Shown: positions 25,780 through 42,276 of the stretch, piece by piece | Layout of the letters: the number at the start of each line of letters is the position of its first letter | How positions within the stretch are numbered: the first letter of the stretch is position 1 | Notes under the pieces: model-generated | What the model was told of the DNA's origin: nothing | Database searches by the model: none | The model's input: only the letters and a program-made list of their open reading frames with translations | Position numbers and translations under genes: made by a program | Assembly: GCA_958009085.1 (NCBI GenBank) | Contig: OY253678.1 | Location: 124,001 to 188,000, forward strand | DNA from: Protoeuglena noctilucae | Lineage: Eukaryota | Length of the DNA: 64,000 bases | Direction: 5' to 3'

Positions 25780-27563
25780 ATGCACGGTCGGCCCCGTCCG
25801 CCCCCGGGGTCGCAGCCGGATCCAGCGAAAGTCGAGGCACAGGTGGCAATAGCATCCGCACCCCTTCAGGGCCGTCGCGCTTCTCTCAACTTGGGCGAAC
25901 GACAGTTGCCACGCACTCGGCGCGACGCCTAGCCTCGCCCGGCTCTCGTGCAGGCGAAGAAGGCGGCGCTGTTCAAGCAACTGTTGAGGGAGGTCCTGCG
26001 ACGGAAGGCCGAGGGCGCGAGGGACGGCGCCTCGATGGACCTGACCGCCAAGCTGCTGGGCATTTCGCCCGAAGTGAACACCGCTTGGAACTTCCGCCGA
26101 GAGATTCTGGAGGCTCAGGGCGCCCTCAAACTCTGGGAGGAGCAGGAGCCGGCCCCAGGTGCGAGACGAAAGAGAATTTAGCGGCCTTCTGGCATGAACC
26201 GGTGCAGTTCCCCGCAAGTCGCCTCCGCGCGGCGCCTTTCCGCAGGGTCTGAGGCCGAGCGACTCGCGGAAACGGAGATGGTGGTAACGGAGGCCGCGTT
26301 GCAGCGCAACATGAAGTCCTACCTCGCCTGGCACCACCGGCAGTGGGTGCTGCAGCGGGCCAGGTCCCACCTGCCCTTACCCCGCGAGTTCCGCCTCCTG
26401 GACCGCCTGTTTCTCGCGGACGAGAGGAACTTCCACGCGTGGGTGAGCGCCGATCCCTGCAGCTCGCGTGTCGTTTGGCACATCATGCGGGGATGTCGCC
26501 TACCCCGTCGCTTACTGGCCGTGTGTCTCTTCGAGCATCGCAGGGGCATCGCCGATTCGTCAGCAAGCTTGCCGGGGTCTCTGCGGAGGAGGAGCTGCAG
26601 CACGCAGAGTCGCTGATCGAGCGCAACTTCAGCAATTACTCGGCGTGGCACGAGAGGGCGAGGCTGCTGACCAAGATACACGGTGAGACGCCTTTGTGTA
26701 TTATGATGACAATGTCTATACACAGTGCACGGCATGGCAGTGGCAGAGCGATGGCACTGCGCGGCACGTTTCACGCGGAGGCGCCGTGCTGTGACCCGGA
26801 CGTGCTGTGCCGCGCACCGCAGGTGCTGGGGACGCGCCGGTGCCGCCAGACGTGCTGGAGGGGGAAGTGGAGATGGTCAAGCAGGCGGTGTTTACGGAAC
26901 CGGACGACCAGAGGTGAGTAGGAACAACACACAGCAAGCGATGTCATGACCCGACCCACGACCCGTGAACGTGCTGGCGTTAACATGTCGCAAGCCATTA
27001 AGTGTCTCTGTCTTACATTCTCCGCAGTCCCTGGGTGCACCTGCGCTGGGTCATGGGGGAGGCCCTGGCCCACGCGAGAGACGGGGCGCAGGCGCAGGCG
27101 GGTCTGTCCCTGCTGCGTGACGTGGCAGGCATGTGCCGGGAGCTGCTGGAGATGGACGAGGGGAGCAAGTGGGCCCGATTGACGCTGGCGCTCGCTCTGC
27201 TGGCTGGTGCGGCTGCTGATGAGGATGGGCCAGGTGAGGCGGTGATGGGTGCGATATGAGGGGTGACAAGCGCGGCCACCCGCCTTCCGTTGCCAAGCAA
27301 CAATCGAACCCTACACATTCCAGGGACTGTCGCAGCCTAGCGCGCACTGCCTGCCGCCACCAGCCACCCTCACCACCCACCCCCCTCTCAACCCCACAGG
27401 AGCGCAAGGGGAGACAGAAGAAGCGCGGGGTTGCTTTTTGCGATTGGCGGATATCGACCCAGACCGCGCGGGGTATTACCTGGAAGCAGCGGGGATGGCA
27501 CCCAACGATGCCGTGCGCGTGCTTGCAAGGCAGTCCGCGTTGGGGGTAGCAGCAGAGGGCTGA
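25780..27563 (+). CDS. RABGGTA: Rab geranylgeranyltransferase (type II) alpha subunit
   Basis: N-terminal MHGRPR. PPTA repeats PEVNTAWNFRR, NMKSYLAWHHRQW, DERNFHAW, NFSNYSAWHER and FTEPDDQSPW. C-terminal LADIDPDRAGYY. Confidence 0.92.
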
Positions 27564-27661
27564 CACGTGTTTGTGTATCCGCCACATCGATGCAGCTTTA
27601 GGCCGATTAGGTTTTAAGGCAGTGTTGCAAGGTGCTGCGGCATGCGACCGCCTTGCTTTCC

Positions 27662-28902
27662 CTAGCGCCTTTCCCCTGCCACCGGGGCCTTCCCTGCGTC
27701 AGGCTTGTCAGGCAGCCAGAAACCCGCCTGGCCCTTGGACTTGTCGATGATGTGCAGGGCCTCGAGGCCCTCCTGAACGTCCAGCACCTGCATAACACAG
27801 AGACATGAGGTGGGCTCAGCAATGGCAAGCAGAGCAGTTGCAAGGGGCTGGCTGGGCGATGGCCAGCATAGCGACATAGGGTAAGCCCATCTATGTCCAG
27901 CAGAGCGACATGGAGTGAGCTGAGCTGTACCCTGTAACAGACAGACAGCCCAACCACGTGTGCAAGCGACCCCATCTACCGGACCCAACCCCCCTCGCGT
28001 CCTCGCCTGTGAAATGTTGAACCGGTACCGCTGCGGCCACACGCGTGGCTGCGTGTCCCGGAGCCCCAGCTGCGCCGTTACGCGGAAATACATCTCGTAG
28101 TCCTTGCGTCTCAGGTACTTCATCATCTTGTGCCGCTTGGCCCCAATCATCTGCATCGCCATCTTAGCCTTCTTGTCCTGCGGCACCCGGCACACGTGCT
28201 CCTGCAGACGCTGAATCTTCGCCGTCCACTGCGCGATCTGAACCGCCGGGCTACCTGCGAGCGGACAGAGAACCCAAGCCATCGTGACGCTGCAAGCGAC
28301 CCGTCCCGGGTGGCCTCCAGGTGCTGGCCCTGTCAAGTGTCGATAGCAGCACAGGAGTGTTGATAAGGGACACTGACATTGCAACACTGTTTCAAGCACA
28401 CTCGCCCGTGTCTCCGTCGTGGGCCCGCCAAGGCGACGCGGCCTCCTGCCGCCCCCGCTGCCCCTGCGTGTGCCCGTCCGCCAGGTCGTCCGACAGGAAA
28501 CGGTCCACGAGAGCCATCGCCTGCTCGTAGGAGATTTCCGGGGGAGGCGCCGCCTTGCTGGCCGTCCGTCTTGGAGACGCCGACGGCCCCGCTTCCCCTG
28601 GCACCGCCCCAGCCGCACCCGCCGCGGCCTCCTGCACGGAGACGGGCTGCACGGTATGATCGTCTGTCAACAAGCAAAAGGAGGATGCGCGACAGGCCGC
28701 TCCCCGCGCTCGCCTGCGGCTCCGTGGGAGCGGTCCCCGCCTCAGCCGAACCCATCGCCGCGCCGTCGCTCGTCATCCCGCGAGCATGGTGGAACCACGG
28801 AGAGCTACGACAGGAAGGCGTGCAACCCGCGACAGCGCCAGGGGCCCAGGCGCCTGATGCGAGGAGGGGGCCCCGCGCTGCAGCCACTCCGCGCCGCAGC
28901 AT
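27662..28902 (-). CDS. MRPS15: Organellar (probably mitochondrial) ribosomal protein uS15
   Basis: HDGDTG|SPAVQIAQWTAKIQRLQEH...DKKAK...KRHKMMKYLRRKDYEMY...LGLR is the S15 signature. Presequence-like MLRRGVAAARG. Confidence 0.85.
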
Positions 28903-29270
28903 CCCGCCGGTCCACCGTCTTCCCCAGCGGCCTCTCTCTCGGACCTCCTCCTTAGACGTGCTGAGCTCTAACTACGACGGGGTCCGCCGTCGGGCAGGCG
29001 ATGCCGCGCAGGCGCAGAACGGGCACGGCCGGCTTCGGTGGGGCTTCTTGTCGATGGAGAGGGCGCGACGGGCCGGCACGAGACGGATCTGGGTCTGATT
29101 CGTGACGTGGCTCGCTCAGGGACGGACATCGCGGGTGGAGGTCCGTTTCTGCACGTAAAACATGACGACTGGCAAATTGGCTGGCATTTTTTTCCCGGCC
29201 GCTACGTGCCTGCGCGGCTCCCGGCGCACCGGCCCTTTCTAATTCGCCTCCGTCCAGCCTGTGAGAGAGC

Positions 29271-33442
<4,172 letters not shown>

Positions 33443-34171
33443 ATGGTTTGAATGTGGGGGAGTGGCGGGGAGAGTGGTTGTGGAGACGGGGTGGGGTGGC
33501 GTGGGGTGGTGGGACGGTGGTGGTGGCGGGGGTGTGGGTGGAGATGGGGAAGGGGATGGGGATGAGAGAGTGGTGTGGACTGACATTGGTGGGGCTGGTG
33601 GAGAGCGAGAGGGCTGAGGCAGGTCGCGGTTCGATCCCTGCCGAGGTCACGTGATGGGGAAATGGAAGGAGACACCGCGTGTTGGGTTAGTGGTGCAGTG
33701 GTGCTGCTTAGGCGTGACACGGGTGCCGGGGTGCGATCGGGGCGTGCGAGTGAGGGTGGACTGCGTCAACATGGGTAGCTGCAGCGCCCACGTGCCCTGC
33801 CCTGCTGTGCACGCACCGCCACTCGGCAGCGGCAACCGCGCCTCTTTTGAATTCGAATCGCCTGTTACAAATGTCTATTCGTGTCGACGAGACGAGCCTG
33901 TTGCATGCCTCCTCATCGAGTCTGTCCTTCTTTGTCGCTCTCTCATACACACACTCTCTCCATCTCCCTCCTTTTCCACGTTGTCATCGTTGCTCTCTTC
34001 AAATGCACCCAACAAGAGACACCAACTTTGTCCTCCCTACCACCAAACCACACACCACCCATTCCCCACCCCTCTCCCTGCAGAGACACTGTCGCTCCCC
34101 ACCCACACGCCCCACACCTCCACGCACCCCACCCACCCACCCCACCCCACACCCCCCACCCCAACACCCCA

Positions 34172-37100
34172 TCACCCGTAGTTCCCCACCAGGTACGCAT
34201 GCTCCTCCATGAACGTGGCGTGCACCGTGTTGTCCCCGAAGCTGCGCCCATGCAGCGCCTGCACCGCCACCGCCGCCGCCGCCGCCGTCGAGTACTCCAC
34301 CATCACCTTGCCCACGCCGCTCGGGTCGGGCTGGCTGGGGTCCTTGGACGGGCGAGGGATGACCACCTTGTTGAGCCTGCCGTGCGCGCCGCCGTACTTG
34401 GAGCACTCGCGGTACATGTCTTCAAGAATGTCGTTGTACTCTTCGTCGTCCATGAGCTCGTCGCGCTGCACCGCGTTGAGCTGGGAGGGGAAGAGAGAGG
34501 TGGGGGGGGGGGGGGGGGGTGGGGGGTAGGGGTTAGTGATGGGAATGGATGGAGTGGTGGGAACAACAGCCAGCTCGACCACACCGACCTACTCTATCGG
34601 CCCCACCCAACAGTACCACTACCACCACCACCACCACCACCACCCACCACCACTACCACTACCATTCCCCCACTCCCTCACACTCATCCACTACCCCACC
34701 CCCATCCATTCCCTCACCAGCTCGATGACGCGCGACGCCCCCGGCGCTGGCATCTCGGCGTTCTTCCCCGCGGCCCCCGCGGGCACCGCCCCGTCCTTGG
34801 CCTTCTTCTCATTCGCCCTCCGCACCGTGAGCGTCTTGTCGTTGAGCGGCAGCCCGTGCACCGTGTTGCACACCGTGTCGACCACCGACCGATCGACAAA
34901 CACCGCGAAACCGTAGCCCTTGGACTGCCCCGTCTCCTTGTCGCGGATGAGGTTGAAGTGTCGCACTTTGAACTCGCCCACGCACTCGAGGATCTCGATG
35001 ACCTTCTCCTCGGGAAGCCAGTATGGGATGCCGCCCACAAAGACACGGTCTGCGGGGGTGGGGGTGGGTGGGTGTGGGTAGCAGTGTGGGTGTGAGTGTG
35101 GGCAGCAGTGTGGGTGTGAGTAGCGGTGTGGGTGAATGGATGGGGTAGAAAAGCAACCTTCATTCGCCAACCATCATCAGCGCCGTCGACCATTCCCTCA
35201 TCACACACCATAGCAAGACACACAACACACACCACCCCACCCATCTCACCCGGGTCGTTCTGCGGGTCGTCGGGGTCCTCCTTCTCCGCCTCCTTGGCCA
35301 GACCCACGGCGTCGAGGTTCAGATACGGGCTGGGCTGCGTGGGGCCCAGCCCCTGGGCGGCGATGGGGTTATAGTCGTTGGGGCGGCGGACGCGGATGGT
35401 GGCGCCCTCGTACAGAATGCTGTCCAGAGCCATGAGATTGCTGGCCTCCTCCACCGTGCGGACCTGGGGGGGTGGGGTGAGAGGGGTGGGGTGAGAGGGG
35501 TGGGTGTGTGGTGAGGGTGGACGTGTGTGGAGAGGGTGAGTGAGGTGGGGTGAGTGACTGTCAATGTTGCACTCCACACCCATTAACAGTCACCACCACC
35601 CCTCCCTCACCTCCACGAATGCGAACTGCTTGTCGGCGTTGCAGTAGACGCTTACCACCGCGTCCCCGGGCCCCGACGTCCCACCGATGGCCGTCAGCGC
35701 TGTCGAGAAGAACTCCGCGAGCTTGTCGTCCGTGCAGCCCTCCCGGGGGATGCCGCCCACTGGGGAGGGTGACAGGCAGGGGTGGGTGGTAAGCGGGGAG
35801 GGGTGTGACGCGGAAGGGTGGGTGGGTAGAGTGAGGGGTGAGAAAGGGAGGGGTGTGACGGCAGGGGGCGGGTGGTGAGTGGTGAGAGCTGCGCTGGGTG
35901 ATTGAGTCGTTCCTCTTCCCTGTACTCCTCCCCCGCAACCACTCATCATCACCCCTCTCCCCACCCCTCACCGTACACGCGCACCATGCACTGCCATTCA
36001 CCCCTCATCCCCTTCACCCCTACCGCCATTCGCCCACACATTAGGCCAGTGCTACCCAGGTAAAGCCCCACTGGCGTGTGCCCAATAGCCCCTCACCGTA
36101 TGCGCGCCTGGCGTGCCGGGTGGCCTGCACCGACACCTGCCCCAGCATGCCCGCCTCCTTCACCACGGCCTGCACGTCCTTGGGGGCGTAGGGGTGGTCG
36201 GGGGGGACCTGGTGGGGGAGCACGTCCCAACCGGACTGCGATGCGGGGATGGGGGAGGAGGGGGATGTCGTAAGGGTGGTTGGACTGCACAAAGAGTGAA
36301 GCACTGGGCGGGGCGAGGAATGGGGGCATGGGGTGTGAGGTTGCCACTCAAAATGCGGGAAGGATGGCTGGATGGTAAGCGTGGCAAGTGATGGGGAGCG
36401 TGTCAGGAGCCCACGTGATCACCTAGACCCGCCAAGTCACCCCTCGTCAACCCCCCTCCTCCCCACCCCCCTCACCGGCGGCATGGGCCTCTTGCGCTCC
36501 GGCGTGGGCGAGTTGCCGAAGTCCTCGTCGAAGCGACGGTACGCGGACGCACGACCGCTGCCACCGCCACCGCCGCCGCCGTAGCGCTCCCGGGAGCGGT
36601 CTCGCGCGTAGCGGTCCCTCATCGGTGGCCTGGGTGGTAGGGTGGGGGAGAGGGTGAGTGGAGAGGGAGGGGTGGGGTGCGGGGAAAGGGCGGGGGTGGT
36701 GGAAGTGGTAAGTGGAAATCGAGGGGCATGCAGCACAGCCACAGGCGGGTGAGTGTTATCAAACAGACAGCGCAAACGAAACGGTTCGAGCCTCACCGGT
36801 CGCGGAAGCCGCCACCGCCCCCGTTGAAGCGGCCGGGTGGGGGGCCCCCGTAGCGGTCCCGACCACCGCCGCCGTAGCGGTCGCCGCCACCGCCGTAACG
36901 ATCCCCGCCGCTGCCATAACGATCCCCACCGCCACCGTAGCGGTCGCCCCCACCGCCGTAGCGGTCGCCCCCACCACCATAGCGGTCGCGCACGGGGGGC
37001 CCGCGCCTGTCGTCGTAGCGCCCGCGGTCGCCCCCACCGCCGTAGCGATCCCCGCCTCCACCGTAGCGATCACCTCCGCCGCCGTAGCGGTCGCCCCCGC

Positions 37101-37492
37101 CGCCGCCGTAGCGATCCCCGCCCCCGCCCCCGCCGTAGCGGTCCCCACCTCCGTACCGATCACCCTGCGCAGCGCCGGGACGCGCGAGTGGGTCTGGAAG
37201 GAAGAGTGGAAACATTCAACTCCAGCGCGGCGGCCTCCCCGAGGTCCCGCCCCCGAGACAGCCGCGCGCAGGGCAGCGGCAGCAAAGGGCGCGTGCAGCC
37301 CTCTGGTGGACCCGGTCGCGGTCACGGCGACGTGCCCGCGTGGCCAGCGGCTCTCAAAACCCAACCGCTTGTGGTGAGCACGCGGAAGGCGCGGGAGATC
37401 GCGCGACAGGGCACCATCCGAGCCTGCATTGCTCCTCGACGTGGGCCCGCGCGGGACGCCGCTAGGACGGTCCACAGGGCTCACGGGGGCAT
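34172..37492 (-). CDS. U2AF2: U2AF large subunit (U2AF65); 5' start unresolved
   Basis: ULM-like SGWDV. RRM1 ([14 protein letters not shown]...[16 protein letters not shown]...[11 protein letters not shown]). RRM2 (DRVFVGGIP...[12 protein letters not shown]). UHM ([12 protein letters not shown]...GVGKVMVEY...LHGRSF). Confidence 0.95.
36845..37165 (-). repeat. Coding (DRYGGGG)n repeat, ~13 copies, in the U2AF65 N-terminus
   Basis: Visible in ORF 36793..37215 as ~21-nt units. Confidence 0.9.
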
Positions 37493-38159
37493 GGCGTCGT
37501 TGGAAACAACCAAACCGAAGACAACAGGCTGGTCAGGGACGCGGAAGACGCCCCCCAGCGTCCAAACGGTGCCTTTGACGCCGGGCCGCGAACACGAGGC
37601 CGTCAACTGAGCGATCTCTCGGACACATGACGTTTTCTAACTAACATGTGCCCACGGGGACCGACATCAGGAGCAGAGAGGCAAAAGGCGGAAATTTCGG
37701 GCCTGGCCATCAAAAGCCGGTGCGTGTCCTGCCCGGCACAGAGCGCTGCATCAATTCTCACCATAGCCACCTCCGCGTCTCTCGCGGATCCCGCCCCTCC
37801 CTTCTCCAAGCGTTTCGGACCTCGCACAGGGTGGGGAAGGATGGCAGACCCGCCTGCCTCTGCCGAATGAGAGATGTGCCCGCTCGAGTCGGGGCGAGCG
37901 CGTCGGGGGAAGCGCGCGCCAGAAACAAGGCTGTACCCGGCTCCCGCTCTTTTCAACGCTCAGCTGCGCCACATGCACGCCAACGCGCTCCTAGGAGCAT
38001 GGACCAGCACAGCAGCTCATACGCAGACAGCCCCGCGCTCCTGTGGCGCGGGGCCTGGCCTCAGCAGACCCGCGCGCCCCCCAAACCAGCCTACCCAAGC
38101 CTCAGGCCGCCGTGGTCGCCAGCGCCGACCCGGCGAGCCTCACGTCAAGCCCCGAGCCC

Positions 38160-39512
38160 CTAGCCCCGAGCCCCGAGCGCCACCAGAGCGCGGATGACGG
38201 TCGCGTCGCCTCGCTCGCGCGCCCTCCGGAGCGGCGTGGCGCCCTCGTCGTCCAGCAGGTTCACGTTCGCGCCCTGGGTCTCGACCAGCCACCGCACCAC
38301 CTCCGCAGACCTCGCCGTGTGCAGGGGGGTGCCCAACGCAGACGCGGGGTCCTTGACGTCGGCGCCCAGAGACACGAGCGCCTGCAGCACCGCCAGGTCC
38401 CCGTGGCTCGCCGCGTGGCAAAGGGCGCTAATCCCTATCACATCCAAACTTTTTGCCGTCGCACCCGCCTCCGCCAGCCGCCGCACGATCGCCGCCGTCG
38501 GTCGCCCCTCGCACACCTGGGCCATGACACCGGGTGGGTAGTCCCCGTTTGACAGCGCCACTGACGCCCCCCCCTCCAGCAGCGCCTCCAGCACCTCCTC
38601 ATGGCCCCCGCGCGCCGCAAACATCAGCGGTGTCCACTGCTCCCCCTCCTCCTCCTGCCAATCCGCGGTTTCGAGCTCTGCCCCGGCCGCCAGGCACGCC
38701 TTCACCGCGGGCAGGGAGCCCCGCTCCGCGCAGTACGACAGGACGGAGCGCGACTCCTCGATCTCCGTGTTCAGGTCCATACCGCCCGCCACGGCCGCCC
38801 GCACCAGCCACGCCACCTCCTCATCCCCCAGTGCGTACTCCCACTCCACCTTGCCGTCCGCCCCGCGCCCCACCGGCCTCTGCGCCCGCACCGCCACCAT
38901 CAGCGGCGTTTGGGCACATCCCCTGGATACCTGGTCGCCCAAGCTCTTTCCAAGGAAGGCAATGTTTGAGGCATATCCCCACACCGCCTCGTTGAGCTGG
39001 CTCGCCGCAGCCACCTGGAGCATCAGCCGGGCCTCGCCGATGCTCGCGAGGTGGTGCGCGTGGGACCCCGCGCAGGCCCACACGAGGTAAGGGGCGCCCT
39101 CGAGGGGTCCCGTCACGCGGCGCAGGAGCACCGTGTGCCGCTGCTCCGCCCGGATGCCCCACGCGCGCCACGTCTCGTCCACCTCGTCGCGCATCTCCCG
39201 CGACACCTGCCGGGCCGACGTCGCGTCACGCAGGGGCACCAGCCGCAGAATCGCCACATGGAGCTCTCTGGGCAAGTCGTCCCAGCCTTTGGTCGTGACG
39301 TCAACTGCACTCCAGGGCGAGGTGGACCGGTGTCGGCCAAGGGCGTCCCAAAAAGCGAGGCGGAGCCGCAGGGAGCGTCGAAGCGATCACAATAATAAGT
39401 GCTGCGGACCTGCCGGCTCCGATGCGCCAGATGTGCCTCCCGGCGCCCCGGAAGCTCCGCCATGACCCTGGGACCTGCGTGCCCCCCTCCCGCGAGGAAC
39501 GCGGCTCATCAT
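38160..39512 (-). CDS. F-box + ankyrin-repeat protein with one short 5' intron (39305-39409)
   Basis: GWDDLPRELHVAILRLVPLRDATSARQVSREMR is F-box-like. Ankyrin repeats include TPLMVAV, TPLMFAARGGH, SALCHAASHG, TPLHTA and GATPLRRA. Confidence 0.8.
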
Positions 39513-40437
39513 GTTGCCTGCGGTGAGACGGGTGGATGATAATGCGGACGACCACTTTAACTGGCCACGACATGGCCCCGGCGGGGCGCAGCGGAGGGGA
39601 AGGTGGGCGGTCACCTTGCAACAGCCTTCGTCGTCCTTGGGCTCTCTCGTGCCTGACCTTGAGTTCCGGGGCTCTCTCTGAATGATAACGAGCGCAAAAA
39701 CTGTGCTAAAATCCCCTCCATCTCGCCGGTTTTGGCGACCCTAGGGAGGGTAAGTTGCCAGATCTTCGCCTCTTCGTCTCTAGGCCCGCACCACGCAGCC
39801 GATCTACATATCTATGCTCCATACGCTCCGGCCGACTGCGTAGAGTCGCTTAGGACGTCCTCGGGGCCTGAGGTCGGAGCTTCCGAGGTTCGCAGCGGAG
39901 CGCCGCTTCGTCGCGGAGCCGACCCGCGTTCGTGGCTTTCGAGGCTCCGATTTCTGCTGACGACTGGTGAGTGGCCAGCCTAAGCCTGCGATCGGCGCGT
40001 CGGGTGCGGAGTGGCCGAACCGACCACGCCTTCGCGGGTTGTCGCGCTCCCGCGTGGTGTGTGATTCGCTTGTCATCCGCTGGCCCGCAAACGCTGTGCT
40101 GCGGAGCTGGGAACGCGCTCATGCTTCCTGCTCTCAGGAATCGGGCCCGCAGAGGGTGCTGGAGCGGAGCAGACCTTCCCGATCTCCGCCATGGGTGATT
40201 GTGCGACGGTGAGGACGGCGCCCGAGTGCCCCAGCGGCGCGCGGCAGGCCATCGGTGGCATCAGGCCCTCCTCGGGCCCGCAGCGGAGCCCGGGGCCGCG
40301 CAGGCTCAGAGCGAGGCTCGGCTATCCACCCGCGTATGCATCGCAAAGCGGATTAAGACCTTGCTGGCTCGCTGCGCTCGCAGAGGCAGGAGGGCCGCGC
40401 CCAGCCGAGCGAGCCTGGGCCCGGCGAGGAGGACGTC

Positions 40438-42276
40438 ATGTGGGAGGACCTCCCGGAGGAGCTTCACCGTCTGGTGTTGGACATGCTGCCCCGCCGGAAC
40501 GCGTGCGTGGCGCGGGTGGTGTGCAAGCCGTGGCGCGGGATGGTCGACGAGATCTGGGCGGGGCGGCCCGACGCGACGAGGTGGCCGGCGCGGATGGACG
40601 AGCACCTGGCCAAGCGCGGCATGGTGTGGCCGTGCATATGCGCGGGCGACCGGCTCTCCCTGCTCGCGCTGCCGCAACTTGTGGGCGCGATGGAGGACGG
40701 GGACCTGCCGCGGGCGATCGCCTCGGCGCTGGCGGTGGTGGAGGGGCAGGCGGGGGGCTCTCTGGCGGCCGGCAGCCGCAAGTTCGCGGCGACGGCGGCG
40801 GCGCAGGTTGCGGTGGAGCAGGGCAAGTGCTGCGCGCTGGCGGCGCTGCTGGAGGGCGGGGCGGACGCCAGGGGACTCGACCGCCTGGACCGCAACGGCC
40901 GCACGGCGCTGCACGCCGCGGCGGTGCGGGGTCAGCTGGGCGCCCTGCGCGTGCTGCTGCAGCATGGGGCGGACTGGGCGGCGGTGGACAGGGACGGGCT
41001 GACGGCGCTGCACGCCGCGGCGCGCGAGGGGCAGGCGGGGGCGGTGCGGGTGTTGGTAGAGATGGGGGCGGACGTGGGGAGGGTGGACGGGAAGGGGTGC
41101 ACCGCGCTGCACGCGGCGGCGTCCCTCGGCCGCGTCGAGGCGGTGCGCGCTCTCTTGGACGCGGGCGCGGACCTGGCCGCGAGGGACAAGAAGGGCGCCA
41201 CGCCGCTGCTGGTGGCGGCCCGGGAGGACCAGGCCGAGGTGGCGCGGCTGCTGCTGGAGCGTGGGGCGATGGTGGAGGCGCGGGACGCGCGGGGGGTGTC
41301 GCCGCTGGGGGCGGCGGCGGAGAGGGGCCGGGTGGCAGCGGCGCGCGTGTTGCTGGAGCACGGTGCGGAGATGCTGGAAATCAACGACTCGGGCAACACC
41401 CCCTTCTTCGTGGCCATCCTGGGTGGACACGTGGACACCGTGCGGCTGTTCCTGGACCACGGTGCGCCGGTGGAGCTCAATGGCCTCAACGGACGCAAAC
41501 CCCTGCACGCGGCGGCGGGCGCGCCCTCGGGCGTCGCCGTGACGCGCCTCCTGCTTGAGCGCGGCGCGAACCCCTCGGGCCGGGACCCCTTGGGCTTCAC
41601 GCCGCTGCACCTGGCGGCGATGGGGGGCAACGCGGAGGCGGCGCGGCTGCTGGTCGCGCACGGGGCGGACCTGGCGGCGGCGGCGATGGAGGGGTCCATC
41701 CCGCTGCACTCCGCGGCCCTCGAGGGCCACCTGGAGGTGGCGCGGCTGCTGCTGGAGAGCGGTGCCAGCGTCTCGGCCCTCGCGGGGGACGGCATGTCGG
41801 CCCTGGACGTGGCGGTGGCCGAGGGGCACAAGCACCTGGTCCGGCTGCTACTGCAGTATGGGGCGGACGTCCACAGCACCGAGGGCTTCGACGGCGCATC
41901 CGTGCTGCACTGCGCGGCGGCCCTCGGGGACGCGTCCATCGTGCGGGCGTTGCTCGACGCGGGTGCGGTGGTCTCCGCGAAAGACCCCGACGGCGCGACT
42001 CCCCTGCACGACGCGGCGCAGTGCGGGAACATCGCGGTGATGCGGCTGCTGCTCAAGAGGGGCGCGGACGTGGGGGAGAAGGACAAGCAGGGCGCCACTG
42101 CGGTCGACTACGCGTCGTGGGAGGGGCAGAACGGGGCGGTCCGCTTTTTGACGGAGCGCGGCGGTCGCCCGGGCCGCCGTCGGGGCCGCCGGTCGGGCTT
42201 CACGGTGGTGCTGGGCGACATTGGCGATGCCCGCAAGCTGGCCCGGGAACTGGAGAGGATGTTGGGCCTGCGCTAG
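40438..42276 (+). CDS. Intronless F-box + multi-ankyrin-repeat protein, 612 aa
   Basis: MWEDLPEELHRLVLDMLPRRNACVARVVCKPWR is F-box-like. It is followed by about 13-14 G.T(A/P)LH.AA ankyrin repeats in a single ORF. Confidence 0.9.
   Translation: MWEDLPEELHRLVLDMLPRRNACVARVVCKPWRGMVDEIWAGRPDATRWPARMDEHLAKRGMVWPCICAGDRLSLLALPQLVGAMEDGDLPRAIASALAVVEGQAGGSLAAGSRKFAATAAAQVAVEQGKCCALAALLEGGADARGLDRLDRNGRTALHAAAVRGQLGALRVLLQHGADWAAVDRDGLTALHAAAREGQAGAVRVLVEMGADVGRVDGKGCTALHAAASLGRVEAVRALLDAGADLAARDKKGATPLLVAAREDQAEVARLLLERGAMVEARDARGVSPLGAAAERGRVAAARVLLEHGAEMLEINDSGNTPFFVAILGGHVDTVRLFLDHGAPVELNGLNGRKPLHAAAGAPSGVAVTRLLLERGANPSGRDPLGFTPLHLAAMGGNAEAARLLVAHGADLAAAAMEGSIPLHSAALEGHLEVARLLLESGASVSALAGDGMSALDVAVAEGHKHLVRLLLQYGADVHSTEGFDGASVLHCAAALGDASIVRALLDAGAVVSAKDPDGATPLHDAAQCGNIAVMRLLLKRGADVGEKDKQGATAVDYASWEGQNGAVRFLTERGGRPGRRRGRRSGFTVVLGDIGDARKLARELERMLGLR

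Noticed and set aside
40191..42098. Long overlapping ORFs (40191..41558 +, 40306..41835 -, 40932..42098 -)
   Set aside because: Shadow frames of the GC-rich ankyrin gene, with no independent domain signal.
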